Shown here one piece after another: positions 54,078-63,776 of a stretch of 64,000 nucleotides of DNA. The stretch lies in IMG/VR virus record IMGVR_UViG_3300022902_000008; one strand, written 5' to 3'. The position numbers and the translations under genes are program-made. The stretch's first letter is position 1; each line of letters starts with the position of its first letter. The stretch is from a virus. Under the pieces are notes generated by a model that was not told the DNA's origin, made no database searches, and saw nothing but the letters and a program-made list of their open reading frames with translations.

Positions 54078-55622
54078 ATGAAGGTTTATGATTTTAAAAA
54101 TCTTGACGAGAATGACAAGCCAAAAGAGATTGATGTTCCTTATAGGGATTTGATGGATAAGCTTGAGCTTACTATCTCAACTCTTTTGTCTAGGAATGCT
54201 CTTTATGGTGATGTTTTTATTCGTTTGGATCGAAGGTTGCAGAATTTTATGCCACCTACTGCTGCTGTTGCTCCTCGCAATGACAAATGCTATGATATTA
54301 TTGATGGTGATAATGGCAAGAATCGTAAGTTTAAACTTCGCAAGAATAAAAGTGGCAAGGTCAGTGACATCTCTCTTATTTTTGCTCCCCAAATGCTCCA
54401 TGATAATGATATTAATCAGTTGGTTGAGATCTTGTCTCATGAGGCAATGCATATTTTGTTGAGACATATTGAACGTTCTGATTTTATTTTTTCTGATTCT
54501 GACAATGATTCTAGTTCTGGTGGAGGCAACTTCATTCGGCGGAAGTGGAATCTTGCATGTGACTGCGTTGTCAACAGTTATCTAAATAAGGATCTCCTTG
54601 ATAGCTGTATGGTAATGGGTAAAAATTTGGATGGAATTTTTCCTGAAAAATTTAAGCTTGAATCTAAGCAGTCCGCTGAATATTACTATGCTAATCTTAA
54701 GGATGATGATGTCGGCGTTTGTAAAAGTTGTGATGGTACTGGAATCGTAAAAAATGGTGATGGTAATCAGTCTTCCCCAGGCGACGGCTCTGATTCTGCT
54801 GATAGTGATGGCGATGGTAATCCAGGTGGCAGCGGCACATCAGGGGATAAGGAGTCTGATAACGACAGTAATGGCTCAGGCGGCAGTATTGATGTTGGTG
54901 ATGGATATGAGCTTTGTCCTGACTGTTGTGGCTCTGGCCATTCTGGTGTTGACTCTCACGATTTTTGGGAGCAGATTTCACAAGATCCCGTTTTGAAAGA
55001 AAAGATTGCTAGGGCTGCTCAGTCGGCACTTCGTAATGCTGGAAATAAGGTAGCTGGCTCTATGCCTGGAGATCTTTATGCTGCGATCATTAAGGCTAAT
55101 GAAACAAAGGTAGACTGGCGATCTGCTCTTCGTTTCTTTATAAAGAAGAATATTTTTATGGGTAGAAACTTTACTCGAAAGCGCCCTGATCGTCGCCTTG
55201 GTTATGTGAACCCTGGTAAGAAGCGTGAGTATGAGACTGACCTTGTTTTGGCAATTGATACAAGCGGGAGTATTTCAGATGTCGATTTGTCTCAGTTCTT
55301 GGCAGAAATGAACGACATTGTTGATCGTGTTGCAGAACTTACAGTTGTGGAGTTTGATTCAAGAGTTACTAAGGTTACTGAGAAGGTTAAAAAGGTTAGG
55401 AATACATGGAGCTTTTCCGGTCGGGGCGGCACATGTTTTCAGCCAGTGATCGAACTACTCCAGGACCGCCGTTCAGATGCTTGTATTTTCCTTACAGACC
55501 TTTATCCTTGTGATGATGTGCATAAGCCTAAGAATAGTTGTCAGATTATGTGGTGTGGCACTGCTGATGCATCTAAGGACTTTAACCCTGGCTTTGGCAA
55601 GACTATTTATATGGAGGATTGA
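54078..55622 (+). CDS. DUF2201-like HExxH metallopeptidase + VWA domain protein
   Basis: TAAV, HEAMHILLRH, WNLACD, MIDAS DTSGS, GRGGTCF, LTD. Confidence 0.88.
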   Translation: MKVYDFKNLDENDKPKEIDVPYRDLMDKLELTISTLLSRNALYGDVFIRLDRRLQNFMPPTAAVAPRNDKCYDIIDGDNGKNRKFKLRKNKSGKVSDISLIFAPQMLHDNDINQLVEILSHEAMHILLRHIERSDFIFSDSDNDSSSGGGNFIRRKWNLACDCVVNSYLNKDLLDSCMVMGKNLDGIFPEKFKLESKQSAEYYYANLKDDDVGVCKSCDGTGIVKNGDGNQSSPGDGSDSADSDGDGNPGGSGTSGDKESDNDSNGSGGSIDVGDGYELCPDCCGSGHSGVDSHDFWEQISQDPVLKEKIARAAQSALRNAGNKVAGSMPGDLYAAIIKANETKVDWRSALRFFIKKNIFMGRNFTRKRPDRRLGYVNPGKKREYETDLVLAIDTSGSISDVDLSQFLAEMNDIVDRVAELTVVEFDSRVTKVTEKVKKVRNTWSFSGRGGTCFQPVIELLQDRRSDACIFLTDLYPCDDVHKPKNSCQIMWCGTADASKDFNPGFGKTIYMED

Positions 55623-55624
55623 TT

Positions 55625-55807
55625 ATGGAAGGTTATATTTTTTGTAAAAAATGTGGTGTTAAATATATGCCAACAGTTTGTGTGAATGAGGATTTTGAGT
55701 CTGACGAAGACAAAGGCAAATGCCTTATAAACTATTGTTGTCCTCAATGTGGTGAGATTAATGAATCATCTGCTGCCGTAGATAATAAGAAGCTTCTTCT
55801 AGATTAG
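55625..55807 (+). CDS. Small zinc-ribbon protein
   Basis: CKKCG...CPQCG. Confidence 0.6.
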   Translation: MEGYIFCKKCGVKYMPTVCVNEDFESDEDKGKCLINYCCPQCGEINESSAAVDNKKLLLD

Positions 55808-55834
55808 ATTGTTAGTTTAAAATTGGAGTTTTTA

Positions 55835-56551
55835 ATGAGTAATAGACTTACTATATTTGCATTATTTTTTGTAATAACATTTGCTATTTTGTTTTGGGTT
55901 ACTACTGTTTCTGTATATGCTTTTGATTTGAGTAAAAGTAATTTTAGGGTCTTGCATATTGGTGACTCACATGTTTGTGGGTGCTATGGTGAAGAGGTAC
56001 ATAAGGGCCTTGTTAATGTTTTTGGCAAGGACAATGTTGTTACTGTTGGTATAGGTGGGGCTATTTTAAATAACTTTTTTAATGGTAAGAGGCATTGCAA
56101 TATTAGGTGTCTTGGTTGTGATAATAACAACTTGAATGTTGGCGAATGTGATAGGGATGTTTTCAAGTCTTTGAGTAATGGTAATTTTGAGTATGATGTT
56201 GTTATTGTGTCTTTAGGTTCTAATTACAGAGGCAAGAGAAGGGTTGTAAAATATAATAAATATATTGGTAAGTTTTTGGATCTAATGTATAAAGATGGTA
56301 CAATGTGTTTTTGGGTAGGTGCAGCTAAATCAAAGCGTGACTATATTGATAGTCGTGTTATTAATAAATATTTGGAGAGATATGTTGGGAACTATTGTTA
56401 TTTTATTGATCCGGCTGAAATTGTGCAGTTAAGATGGCTCTCCCCAGATTTACTTCATTTTAGTAGGTATGGTTGTAATGTTTTTTCTAATTTTGTTGTT
56501 AGTGAAGTTGCTGGTTTGTTGAAGTTGTTTTGTAAATATTGGATAAACTGA
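55835..56551 (+). CDS. Secreted or anchored SGNH/GDSL hydrolase
   Basis: N-terminal TM; IGDSH, G, LGSN, DLLH catalytic blocks. Confidence 0.8.
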   Translation: MSNRLTIFALFFVITFAILFWVTTVSVYAFDLSKSNFRVLHIGDSHVCGCYGEEVHKGLVNVFGKDNVVTVGIGGAILNNFFNGKRHCNIRCLGCDNNNLNVGECDRDVFKSLSNGNFEYDVVIVSLGSNYRGKRRVVKYNKYIGKFLDLMYKDGTMCFWVGAAKSKRDYIDSRVINKYLERYVGNYCYFIDPAEIVQLRWLSPDLLHFSRYGCNVFSNFVVSEVAGLLKLFCKYWIN

Positions 56552-56567
56552 GTGGAGAATTAAAATA

Positions 56568-57263
56568 ATGTTTGAATCTTTTTCTTTTTTTGTTGTAGTG
56601 CTTAAGTTAATGTTATATGTTTCTGGAATTTTTGATTGCGTTGGTTATGTTGTCTTGTTTGATGATAATAAACATTTGTCTCAATATTTTGTTAATACAT
56701 ATGTAAAAGAAGCTTCTTATATAAATGGCTTGGATGAAAGAGATGTTAAAACTATTATATCAATGGAATCAGGTGGTAGATCAGGCGTTGTCGGGAAAAG
56801 TGGGGAGTATGGTATGATGCAAATTATGCCATATAATTTTGAGAACTTTTATGTTGAGGGAGTCAATAAAAAGCTTGCTCAGCGAGGGCGTGAAAAATTG
56901 TTTTTTAATAATGATTCTGATCGGTTTAACGTTAGGAGTAACATAATTCTTGGTTCTTATATTTTCTACACTAAGGTTAGATATTATAAGAGTTATATTT
57001 GGGCGGCTATGTCATATAACTTAGGCCCAGGTGGAGTTAAAAAGGCGATAAATATTTGGAAGAGTCGTGAAAACGATAATAGGTGGTTTTGTAAAAAAAT
57101 TAGCAATGTTAGGTTTGGTAGACAGTTTTCATATAGTTATAAATATGCTAAACGATCTGGTCGCCTGAGAGAGTGGAACAAGATGTTTGGCTCTATACCT
57201 AATGATGCTATGGATGCGTTTTTAAGTAGGAAGGGTGGTAAATATTGTGAAAGAACTAAATAG
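56568..57263 (+). CDS. Lytic transglycosylase (SLT domain)
   Basis: MES, GMMQIMP, NIILG, SYNLGPG motifs; hydrophobic N-terminus. Confidence 0.88.
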   Translation: MFESFSFFVVVLKLMLYVSGIFDCVGYVVLFDDNKHLSQYFVNTYVKEASYINGLDERDVKTIISMESGGRSGVVGKSGEYGMMQIMPYNFENFYVEGVNKKLAQRGREKLFFNNDSDRFNVRSNIILGSYIFYTKVRYYKSYIWAAMSYNLGPGGVKKAINIWKSRENDNRWFCKKISNVRFGRQFSYSYKYAKRSGRLREWNKMFGSIPNDAMDAFLSRKGGKYCERTK

Positions 57264-57903
57264 ATTTTTTTATAAGCTTATTAATTTTATTGTTATTTTC
57301 ATAGTTGCAATATTGTTGTTTTATGTTTTATCTTATTTTGCTCATTGTTTTATTGGGTGTAGTAGTAATAATAATGTTTATGCGAATGGTTTGAAATATA
57401 AAACAAACTTCTCTTATAAAGATGAGTGTGTGAGTTATAAGTCTAATATTTTTATTGTTCTTGGTAACAGGAAAAAGACAGTTAGTATTAAAAGGGTTGA
57501 TTGTTTGGCTAGCTTTTTAAAAAATGCAGGCTTTAGTGTTGATGACATTAGGTGTGTTGTATTTTCTGGTAGGGGAACTAGGTTTTATAATAAGTTTTAT
57601 GAGTCAGAATATATGTTAGATTATTTTGCTGACCATTATTTTCAGTTATATAAAAAGCTTATAGCAAGAGATGTGTGTGTGATTGTTGAAAATAAGTCTG
57701 ATTGCACTTTTAATAATGTTGTCTTCTCTTTAAACATGTTAATGAAAAAAGGTTTTATTTATAAAAGGGGGTGTGTGTTTTTTGTTTCTAATATGGATCA
57801 TGTTTTTGGTGCTGTAAAGGTGGCAAAAAAGTTTTTTAAGAAGCTTGGTTATGATAAATATGGATTTATTTCTAACGATGTTTTTTTTATAAAATGTTTT
57901 TAG
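57235..57903 (+). CDS. DUF218 (YdcF/ElyC/SanA-like) membrane protein
   Basis: TM; IVLG, R, FSGRG, ESEYM, ENKSDCTFNN, VSNMDH. Confidence 0.72.
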   Translation: MVNIVKELNRFFYKLINFIVIFIVAILLFYVLSYFAHCFIGCSSNNNVYANGLKYKTNFSYKDECVSYKSNIFIVLGNRKKTVSIKRVDCLASFLKNAGFSVDDIRCVVFSGRGTRFYNKFYESEYMLDYFADHYFQLYKKLIARDVCVIVENKSDCTFNNVVFSLNMLMKKGFIYKRGCVFFVSNMDHVFGAVKVAKKFFKKLGYDKYGFISNDVFFIKCF

Positions 57904-57972
57904 TTGTCAACTATATATGTTATAATTTAATTAATGGTATTGTTTAACTTTAATTGTTCTAATTAGGAGGTT

Positions 57973-58431
57973 ATGATGAAAAATGGCAAAGGTAAGAAAA
58001 GTGGTCTGAAGCAAGTTGATTTTTTTAGGTATTATTTCAATAAAAAAGTTTGTGCGGCAGTTAGTGTAGGTAGTGATAATAACTATTATGTTGGCTTTTC
58101 ATTTAAACATCCTTGCGATAATTATGATAAAAGTAGGGCTAGGATGGTTGCTCAATCAAGGTTAAATAACTTTCCAGTTGTAATTGATAAGAAATTAGTA
58201 GATAATCTTGGAAGTATCTTTCTTGCCATTTGTAGCGTTATTGTGAGTTGTAAAAAAGAGGCTCTTCATTATGCTAAGTCTTCATGTAAATTGACTACAG
58301 ATAGTAAGAAAGTTCCAAGCAGTGTTTATAGTGAGTATGCTGTGCGTAAAGTTCGTGAAAAATATGATATTCCATATTGGGCAATTAGGAAGTTTATAAC
58401 ATCATCTACTTCTAATAAAATGATAGGTTGA
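57973..58431 (+). CDS. Conserved phage hypothetical protein
   Basis: GFSFKHPCDNYDKSRARMVAQSR; AGGAGG RBS. Confidence 0.65.
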   Translation: MMKNGKGKKSGLKQVDFFRYYFNKKVCAAVSVGSDNNYYVGFSFKHPCDNYDKSRARMVAQSRLNNFPVVIDKKLVDNLGSIFLAICSVIVSCKKEALHYAKSSCKLTTDSKKVPSSVYSEYAVRKVREKYDIPYWAIRKFITSSTSNKMIG

Positions 58432-58433
58432 TT

Positions 58434-59096
58434 ATGAGTGTGGATAAGTGTGTTTTTAATAATGTTGATATGGTTAGATTGCAACAAAGTAAATCAACTG
58501 ATGATAATATTGATGTAGGTGTTAAATATAGTGATGATTGTTCTTCTGGTTCTGATTATTTAGATGTAAGTGTTGTTAATAATGATATTTATTTATATAG
58601 GCCAATAGATAAAAACGCATCTTTTAATTTAAGGAGAGCTTTTAAAGAATTAGAATGCTCTCTTAATGATGCATGTATTAAATATAACTTAGACACGCTT
58701 CCAGATATTAACATACATATTAATAGTTGTGGTGGTCTTTTATTGGAAGGTTTTAATATTGTTGATTTGATATTAGGTTCTAATTTGAACGTAAACACTT
58801 ATGTTGAAGGCTCTGCTGCTTCGGCAGCGTCTATTATATCTATTGTTGGCTCTAATAGGTATATGACTAAGAATTCTTTTATTTTGATTCATGAGCTTAG
58901 GAGTGCATCTTTTGGCAAGTATTCTGAGATCAAAGATGACGTTTCTAATTGTGATTTGTTTATGCAGAAAATTAGAGGTTTTTATGAACAATATACAAAC
59001 ATACCTGTTGGTGAGTTGGATAATATATTAAAGCATGATTTATATTGGGATAGTGATAAGTGTCTAGAGTATGGTTTGGTTGACTTTGTAGTTTGA
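58434..59096 (+). CDS. clpP: ClpP-like serine protease (S14)
   Basis: INSCGG, GSAASAAS, RY...ILIHE, DLYW..KCLEYGLVD. Confidence 0.85.
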   Translation: MSVDKCVFNNVDMVRLQQSKSTDDNIDVGVKYSDDCSSGSDYLDVSVVNNDIYLYRPIDKNASFNLRRAFKELECSLNDACIKYNLDTLPDINIHINSCGGLLLEGFNIVDLILGSNLNVNTYVEGSAASAASIISIVGSNRYMTKNSFILIHELRSASFGKYSEIKDDVSNCDLFMQKIRGFYEQYTNIPVGELDNILKHDLYWDSDKCLEYGLVDFVV

Positions 59097-59483
59097 ATGA
59101 TAAAACTAAATAATAACTCAAAGAGGGTAAGAAGCTTTATTAATAACTGTATATTAGTTAACAATATGCTTAACATAAAGCTTTTCAGTGATGCAGACAA
59201 GGTGGATTCAGATATTATTTCTGATCGTATTAATTTTATGTTGTTTAATATATATAAGCAATTAAAAAGTGGTAATAAAATTAATGAATTTAAATTGGGA
59301 AAAATTGGTGTCTGTATTGTTGATAAAGATGAGTTCATGGCCATAAGTAAGGTTTATAGTGTGGATGTTAATGATGATGACTTTATTATTAATAATGATG
59401 ATAACGTGTTAAAAAACAAATGTGTTAAACTTTTTTTTAATTTTGATAATTTTTTTGGTGTTAATGACTTTGTTTTTAAGTAA
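59097..59483 (+). CDS. Hypothetical protein
   Basis: 128 aa ORF. Confidence 0.5.
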   Translation: MIKLNNNSKRVRSFINNCILVNNMLNIKLFSDADKVDSDIISDRINFMLFNIYKQLKSGNKINEFKLGKIGVCIVDKDEFMAISKVYSVDVNDDDFIINNDDNVLKNKCVKLFFNFDNFFGVNDFVFK

Positions 59484-59521
59484 TTAGTAATGTAGTTTAA
59501 TTTAACTTTGGAATTATAATA

Positions 59522-60607
59522 ATGTTTGATGTTAAAAAAGATATTTTATTGGAAAGTGTTTATAATAAATACAACTCTGTTGGTAATAAATATTTTTCTT
59601 TTAACAAACAACGTGAGAAAATGTCAATTAATAGTGGATGCTTGAATTACTTTGTTGACTATGTTAATGAGTGCTTTTCAGGTGTAGGGCTAGATTTGAA
59701 TGTTATTAGTGATATTGCTGTCATTGGTAGTATAATAACTCCCCTTAGTGATGATAATAGTTTTGTTGACATTGTTGTTATTTTAGATAAGGTTAAGTTT
59801 TATAATTTTATTAGAAGTAATTTATACTCTAATGAGTTTATAGACTTTATTATTTCTAACAATGATTCTTTAAAAAACTTTGATTTTAATGAAACATTTA
59901 ATGATGCTCAATATAATTTAATTTTAAGAAGTGTTAGCAAGAGTATTTGTGATAAAAAAGAGAAGAATGTTAATTTATTTCTAACTGTTGATTCTTTATT
60001 TTTAAATGATTATAATTATTATATGTTGGTTAAGAGTGGTAATGTTTTTAATAGGTATGTTGAAAATGTTGTTGTTGACTATGTTGACTTTTTAAATGAT
60101 GTTAATGATAAGCAGTTTTATAATTTAGTGATTAATGTTTTATATAAATCATTTGAAGATTATAAGTTTTTAATTAAGTGCATTTTAAATAAGAAGGACA
60201 ATTTTGATGAGTTGTCTGAAAGTACTAAGTTTTATGAGTCATATAATAGGCTGGTTAAGTTTAAAAATGATTTACATGTTAATAGGTTTAACAATAATTT
60301 AAATGTTTTGTGGCTAGATAAAGATGATAATAATTTGATTGTTGGATATAATAATGTTAATTTAGATTATAAAAAAACTTATTGTTATATGAATATTTTG
60401 TATAGTACAATTAATAAGAATTTATTTTCTAACTTTGAATATAGCTTTAATAGTTTCTTATCTATTGTTAATGCTGTTGTTTTTAATAACAAACATACGA
60501 AATCTTTGAAGCTTAAGGATGCTTGTAGTGTTAGCAATAGTTATTTTGGTGATTTTGTCCCAGGTAGTTTTTTGACTGAAAAGGTTAAAGATAGTATCTT
60601 TTTTTAG
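59522..60607 (+). CDS. Degenerate pol-beta-type nucleotidyltransferase-like protein
   Basis: IAVIGS....DDNSFVDIVV (first Asp of DxD missing); N-terminal ILLE/S. Confidence 0.45.
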   Translation: MFDVKKDILLESVYNKYNSVGNKYFSFNKQREKMSINSGCLNYFVDYVNECFSGVGLDLNVISDIAVIGSIITPLSDDNSFVDIVVILDKVKFYNFIRSNLYSNEFIDFIISNNDSLKNFDFNETFNDAQYNLILRSVSKSICDKKEKNVNLFLTVDSLFLNDYNYYMLVKSGNVFNRYVENVVVDYVDFLNDVNDKQFYNLVINVLYKSFEDYKFLIKCILNKKDNFDELSESTKFYESYNRLVKFKNDLHVNRFNNNLNVLWLDKDDNNLIVGYNNVNLDYKKTYCYMNILYSTINKNLFSNFEYSFNSFLSIVNAVVFNNKHTKSLKLKDACSVSNSYFGDFVPGSFLTEKVKDSIFF

Positions 60608-60668
60608 TTTTTTTGTTGTTTGCGATATATTTATTGTTAGAACTTTTAAAATTGGAGACTTTAGTTTA

Positions 60669-61070
60669 ATGAGTAATAAAAATATTAAGGCTATTTATGA
60701 AGAGTTAGAAAAGATTGTTTTAGAATATTCTGATGATGATGAGCATGATGAAGATAGTGATCCTGGTGATGAGGAAGAGGTTGGTATGCGGTCTTCAACT
60801 ATTGAAATGACTACTAGGCAAATTGCTGATGAAGTTGGTGTTTCTCATGTGATGGTTTCTAAGATAGTCAACAAGGCTCTTAAAAAGGCGGCTATTGCTT
60901 TTGTTGCAAGCCAGTTAGAAGATGCTGTTGAGCAATATGAGAATGGCAATATGAAGTTTGTTGACTATAAAAAGAAAGTTGATAGGCTAGTTCCTATTGA
61001 AAAGGTTGCAAAAGAGCTTTATAAGGCTGATCATTTTGTTGAATATTTTATTGCTACTTATTTAAAATAA
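60669..61070 (+). CDS. Sigma region 4-like HTH protein
   Basis: MTTRQIADEVGVSHVMVSKIVNKALKK. Confidence 0.75.
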   Translation: MSNKNIKAIYEELEKIVLEYSDDDEHDEDSDPGDEEEVGMRSSTIEMTTRQIADEVGVSHVMVSKIVNKALKKAAIAFVASQLEDAVEQYENGNMKFVDYKKKVDRLVPIEKVAKELYKADHFVEYFIATYLK

Positions 61071-61086
61071 TTTTTTGGAGGTTTTT

Positions 61087-61443
61087 ATGTTTTGTAAGAA
61101 TGATTGTAATAATAGTTTTACTATAAAACAGAGCGATATAAATATGTTAAAAAACCTTCTTGAGCGTGCTGGCGTTAAAAAGGCTGGAAAATATACTGAT
61201 GATATGGAAGTTATCTTTAAGGCTAGTAATGATGTGCGATTAACTAATTATGAAATTTCGGCATTAAAAAGGTTGCTTGAAACGGCTAGTTTAAATATGA
61301 TTTTTAATTCAATGGGTGAAAAAATAACTAAAAAAGTTAACCTTGTTGACGATGTATTAGATAGGTTCGAGGATAAAATTAAAGATAAAGATGATGGGTT
61401 GGGTTGTCTTGGTGATAATGATGAGAATAAGGATAATGGTTAA
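61087..61443 (+). CDS. Hypothetical protein
   Basis: GGAGG RBS before ATG 61087; internal LK.LLE.A repeat. Confidence 0.6.
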   Translation: MFCKNDCNNSFTIKQSDINMLKNLLERAGVKKAGKYTDDMEVIFKASNDVRLTNYEISALKRLLETASLNMIFNSMGEKITKKVNLVDDVLDRFEDKIKDKDDGLGCLGDNDENKDNG

Positions 61444-62250
61444 ATGAGCAAAAGCTTTTATGATTATTTGCCCAAAGAGTGGGACGAAAATGAGGTTTTG
61501 GCTAATTTATTTCCAGCCGGGTCGTATGAGGGTATTGTACATATAAAGACAGTGCCTTTGATTTTTGATGGTGGCTTATCTTGTAAAGTTAGAATTGTTG
61601 TTAAGCCAAGTAGCAATCTTGGTTCCTTAAATAGTAATTTTGATTATAGTTATTTGTCTGAAAGTTTACATAATTTTGTTGTAGATTATTTTGATGTAAT
61701 TGGCTGTAGTTTTGACATAGAGAGTGTTTCGAATGATGAAAACTATTGTACTTGTGATGTTAACATATTAGACTTTGCTGATTTTTCATGTGAAAAAATA
61801 AGTCTTTGTAAGCATAATTTAAGTATGTTGAAAAATTATATAGCAGAGTTGAAAACTATTGAATATAGCTTTATTGGTGATTCATATCCTGGTTGGAAAG
61901 AATTTGTTAATAGTGGTATGCTTCATTATGATATGATTAATGTTGATGATATTGTTGGTGGCACTAGTGTTCGTAATGATTGGGTGCCAAAAAATGCATT
62001 TTCATTTGTTAATTTTATTAAGAAATTTTCTTTAGGAATTCCTATTATAGATGGCAATCCGATTTCTATTTTAGTAATTTCAGATCGTAACGGTGGTAAT
62101 TGTTTTATTAATGGTGATGGTATGGCAAGAGTAGCAGCAGCAAAAGTGCTTGATGTAAAATATCTGCCATGTAAGGTTGAATATTGTGATTATTCTGATA
62201 CTGATGATTATAGTTATTTGAAGAATAATTATGGTTATAATTTTTGTTAA
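61444..62250 (+). CDS. Protein with C-terminal ParB/Srx-like domain
   Basis: PISI...GDGMARVAAAKVLDVKYLPCKV. Confidence 0.6.
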   Translation: MSKSFYDYLPKEWDENEVLANLFPAGSYEGIVHIKTVPLIFDGGLSCKVRIVVKPSSNLGSLNSNFDYSYLSESLHNFVVDYFDVIGCSFDIESVSNDENYCTCDVNILDFADFSCEKISLCKHNLSMLKNYIAELKTIEYSFIGDSYPGWKEFVNSGMLHYDMINVDDIVGGTSVRNDWVPKNAFSFVNFIKKFSLGIPIIDGNPISILVISDRNGGNCFINGDGMARVAAAKVLDVKYLPCKVEYCDYSDTDDYSYLKNNYGYNFC

Positions 62251-62271
62251 GAATTTTTTTTGGGGGTTTTT

Positions 62272-62682
62272 ATGTCTGATAATAAGGATTTTAATATTGT
62301 TGATTTGTCTAAGCCTGGAGAGAGAAATAAAGCCTATGGCTTTAATGATGACAACACTAACATAAAGTCAAAGGATGACTTGCCATTAAGAATGGTAACT
62401 GAACAAACTAAAGATGCTATTATTGCTAGAATGGAGGCTACATATAGAAAAATTCTTAATGTTAATAAAGAGTTAAAGAGACAGGGTAGCTCAGAGGTCT
62501 TAAGGGTGGCTGATGTGTTAGAAAACATTCCAGTGTCTAATATTTTCAGGTTGGTATTTGCTGAGGCGTGGAATAATGATGAAATGATGTTTAAGCTTAA
62601 GGGAAAGGTGGGTGAGCTAGATTCTAGATTAATTGAAGGTTTGAGTAGGGTTAACTTAAAGGTAGTTAAGGTGGAAAAATAG
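62272..62682 (+). CDS. Hypothetical protein
   Basis: ORF in operon. Confidence 0.6.
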   Translation: MSDNKDFNIVDLSKPGERNKAYGFNDDNTNIKSKDDLPLRMVTEQTKDAIIARMEATYRKILNVNKELKRQGSSEVLRVADVLENIPVSNIFRLVFAEAWNNDEMMFKLKGKVGELDSRLIEGLSRVNLKVVKVEK

Positions 62683-62694
62683 TTTTTAATTAAA

Positions 62695-63210
62695 ATGTCT
62701 AAAAAGAATAATAAAAGTAAATATTTTTATGAGAAGCATATTGTAGAATGTGTTTGTACACATCAATTACAAAAAAACAAGAAAGTCTTTATCCCATATG
62801 TTATTGAGGTTTTTTCCTTAATATTGGTTGATGATTTATCTGTTGTCCCGAAGGTAGTTGTTTGTGAAAATTGCGGTAGATTTCATAATGTGTATGAGGT
62901 CGGCAAAAGTGATATGGTTGATGGCGGTGAATATATAGATTTAAGTGATGTTAAAAAGTCTATAGGTTACGATGACTTGTTAGAGGTTATGGATGATTTA
63001 GTTTGTTCTTTTGCTACATATGAAGAGGTAGAGTTTTGTATTAAAGAAAAGCTGTATGATAGAAAGATTTGTCTGAGTAAGAACATCTCAGATGATAACG
63101 AAGATGTGTATGGCAAGACTTTAGTTTTAAGTAAGTGTACAAAGAAGAAATGTGACTTTTTAGTGAAAAACTATTCTTTTAAGAGGAGAAGTGGTTTACA
63201 AATTGTATGA
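62695..63210 (+). CDS. Conserved Zn-binding hypothetical protein
   Basis: HIVECVC...CENCGRFH. Confidence 0.65.
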   Translation: MSKKNNKSKYFYEKHIVECVCTHQLQKNKKVFIPYVIEVFSLILVDDLSVVPKVVVCENCGRFHNVYEVGKSDMVDGGEYIDLSDVKKSIGYDDLLEVMDDLVCSFATYEEVEFCIKEKLYDRKICLSKNISDDNEDVYGKTLVLSKCTKKKCDFLVKNYSFKRRSGLQIV

Positions 63211-63256
63211 GTTGTGTTATAATAATATTGTAATATTAAGTTAAAGTGAGTTTTTT

Positions 63257-63541
63257 ATGTCTAAAATAATTAAAAGTATAGATGATGTTGGTTCATCAGG
63301 TTTGTTATCTTCTGTTCCGCTAGTTTTTAATAGCAAAAAAGAGATAGAGGCAGAGCGTCAAACTGAGCGTATGGAAGCTAAGAAGTTAGTTAGGCGGCTT
63401 GTTGATGACAATAATTTAAATCAAAGACAAATATTATATGTGATCAGAAATCTAGCATTAGAGATCGAGAAATCTTCTTATTCTAGAAGAATGTATGATT
63501 TAGCTAAGGAGTGTATTGAAGAGATTACAATCTCTATTTAA
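63257..63541 (+). CDS. Hypothetical protein
   Basis: 94 aa ORF. Confidence 0.6.
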   Translation: MSKIIKSIDDVGSSGLLSSVPLVFNSKKEIEAERQTERMEAKKLVRRLVDDNNLNQRQILYVIRNLALEIEKSSYSRRMYDLAKECIEEITISI

Positions 63542-63565
63542 TTTTTAACTATGGAGGTAGATTTT

Positions 63566-63745
63566 ATGGATTTTACAAACAGGTTTGAAGAGATTAAGGC
63601 TTTGGTTGAGGAACTGACTGTTGATGCAGCTAAAACTTATGGTAAGAAAAATAAGAGTGCTGGAAAGCGTGTTCGTAAAGGGCTGCTTCAACTCAAGAAG
63701 TTGGCAACTGAGTGTAGAAAGGAAACTCTAGAAATTTGTAAATAA
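63566..63745 (+). CDS. Histone H1-like Hc1 family protein
   Basis: DAAK...NKSAGKRVRK.L..LKKLATECRKE; GGAGG RBS. Confidence 0.75.
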   Translation: MDFTNRFEEIKALVEELTVDAAKTYGKKNKSAGKRVRKGLLQLKKLATECRKETLEICK

Positions 63746-63776
63746 ATTTTTATAGGTATAGGGGAGGGGTTTTAAT

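Noticed and set aside
14938-60635. Late promoter motif ATA(A/C/T)TTAT(A/T) at 14938, 16438, 47920 and 60627
   Set aside because: It is plausible but too short and AT-rich to distinguish from background without genome-wide statistics.
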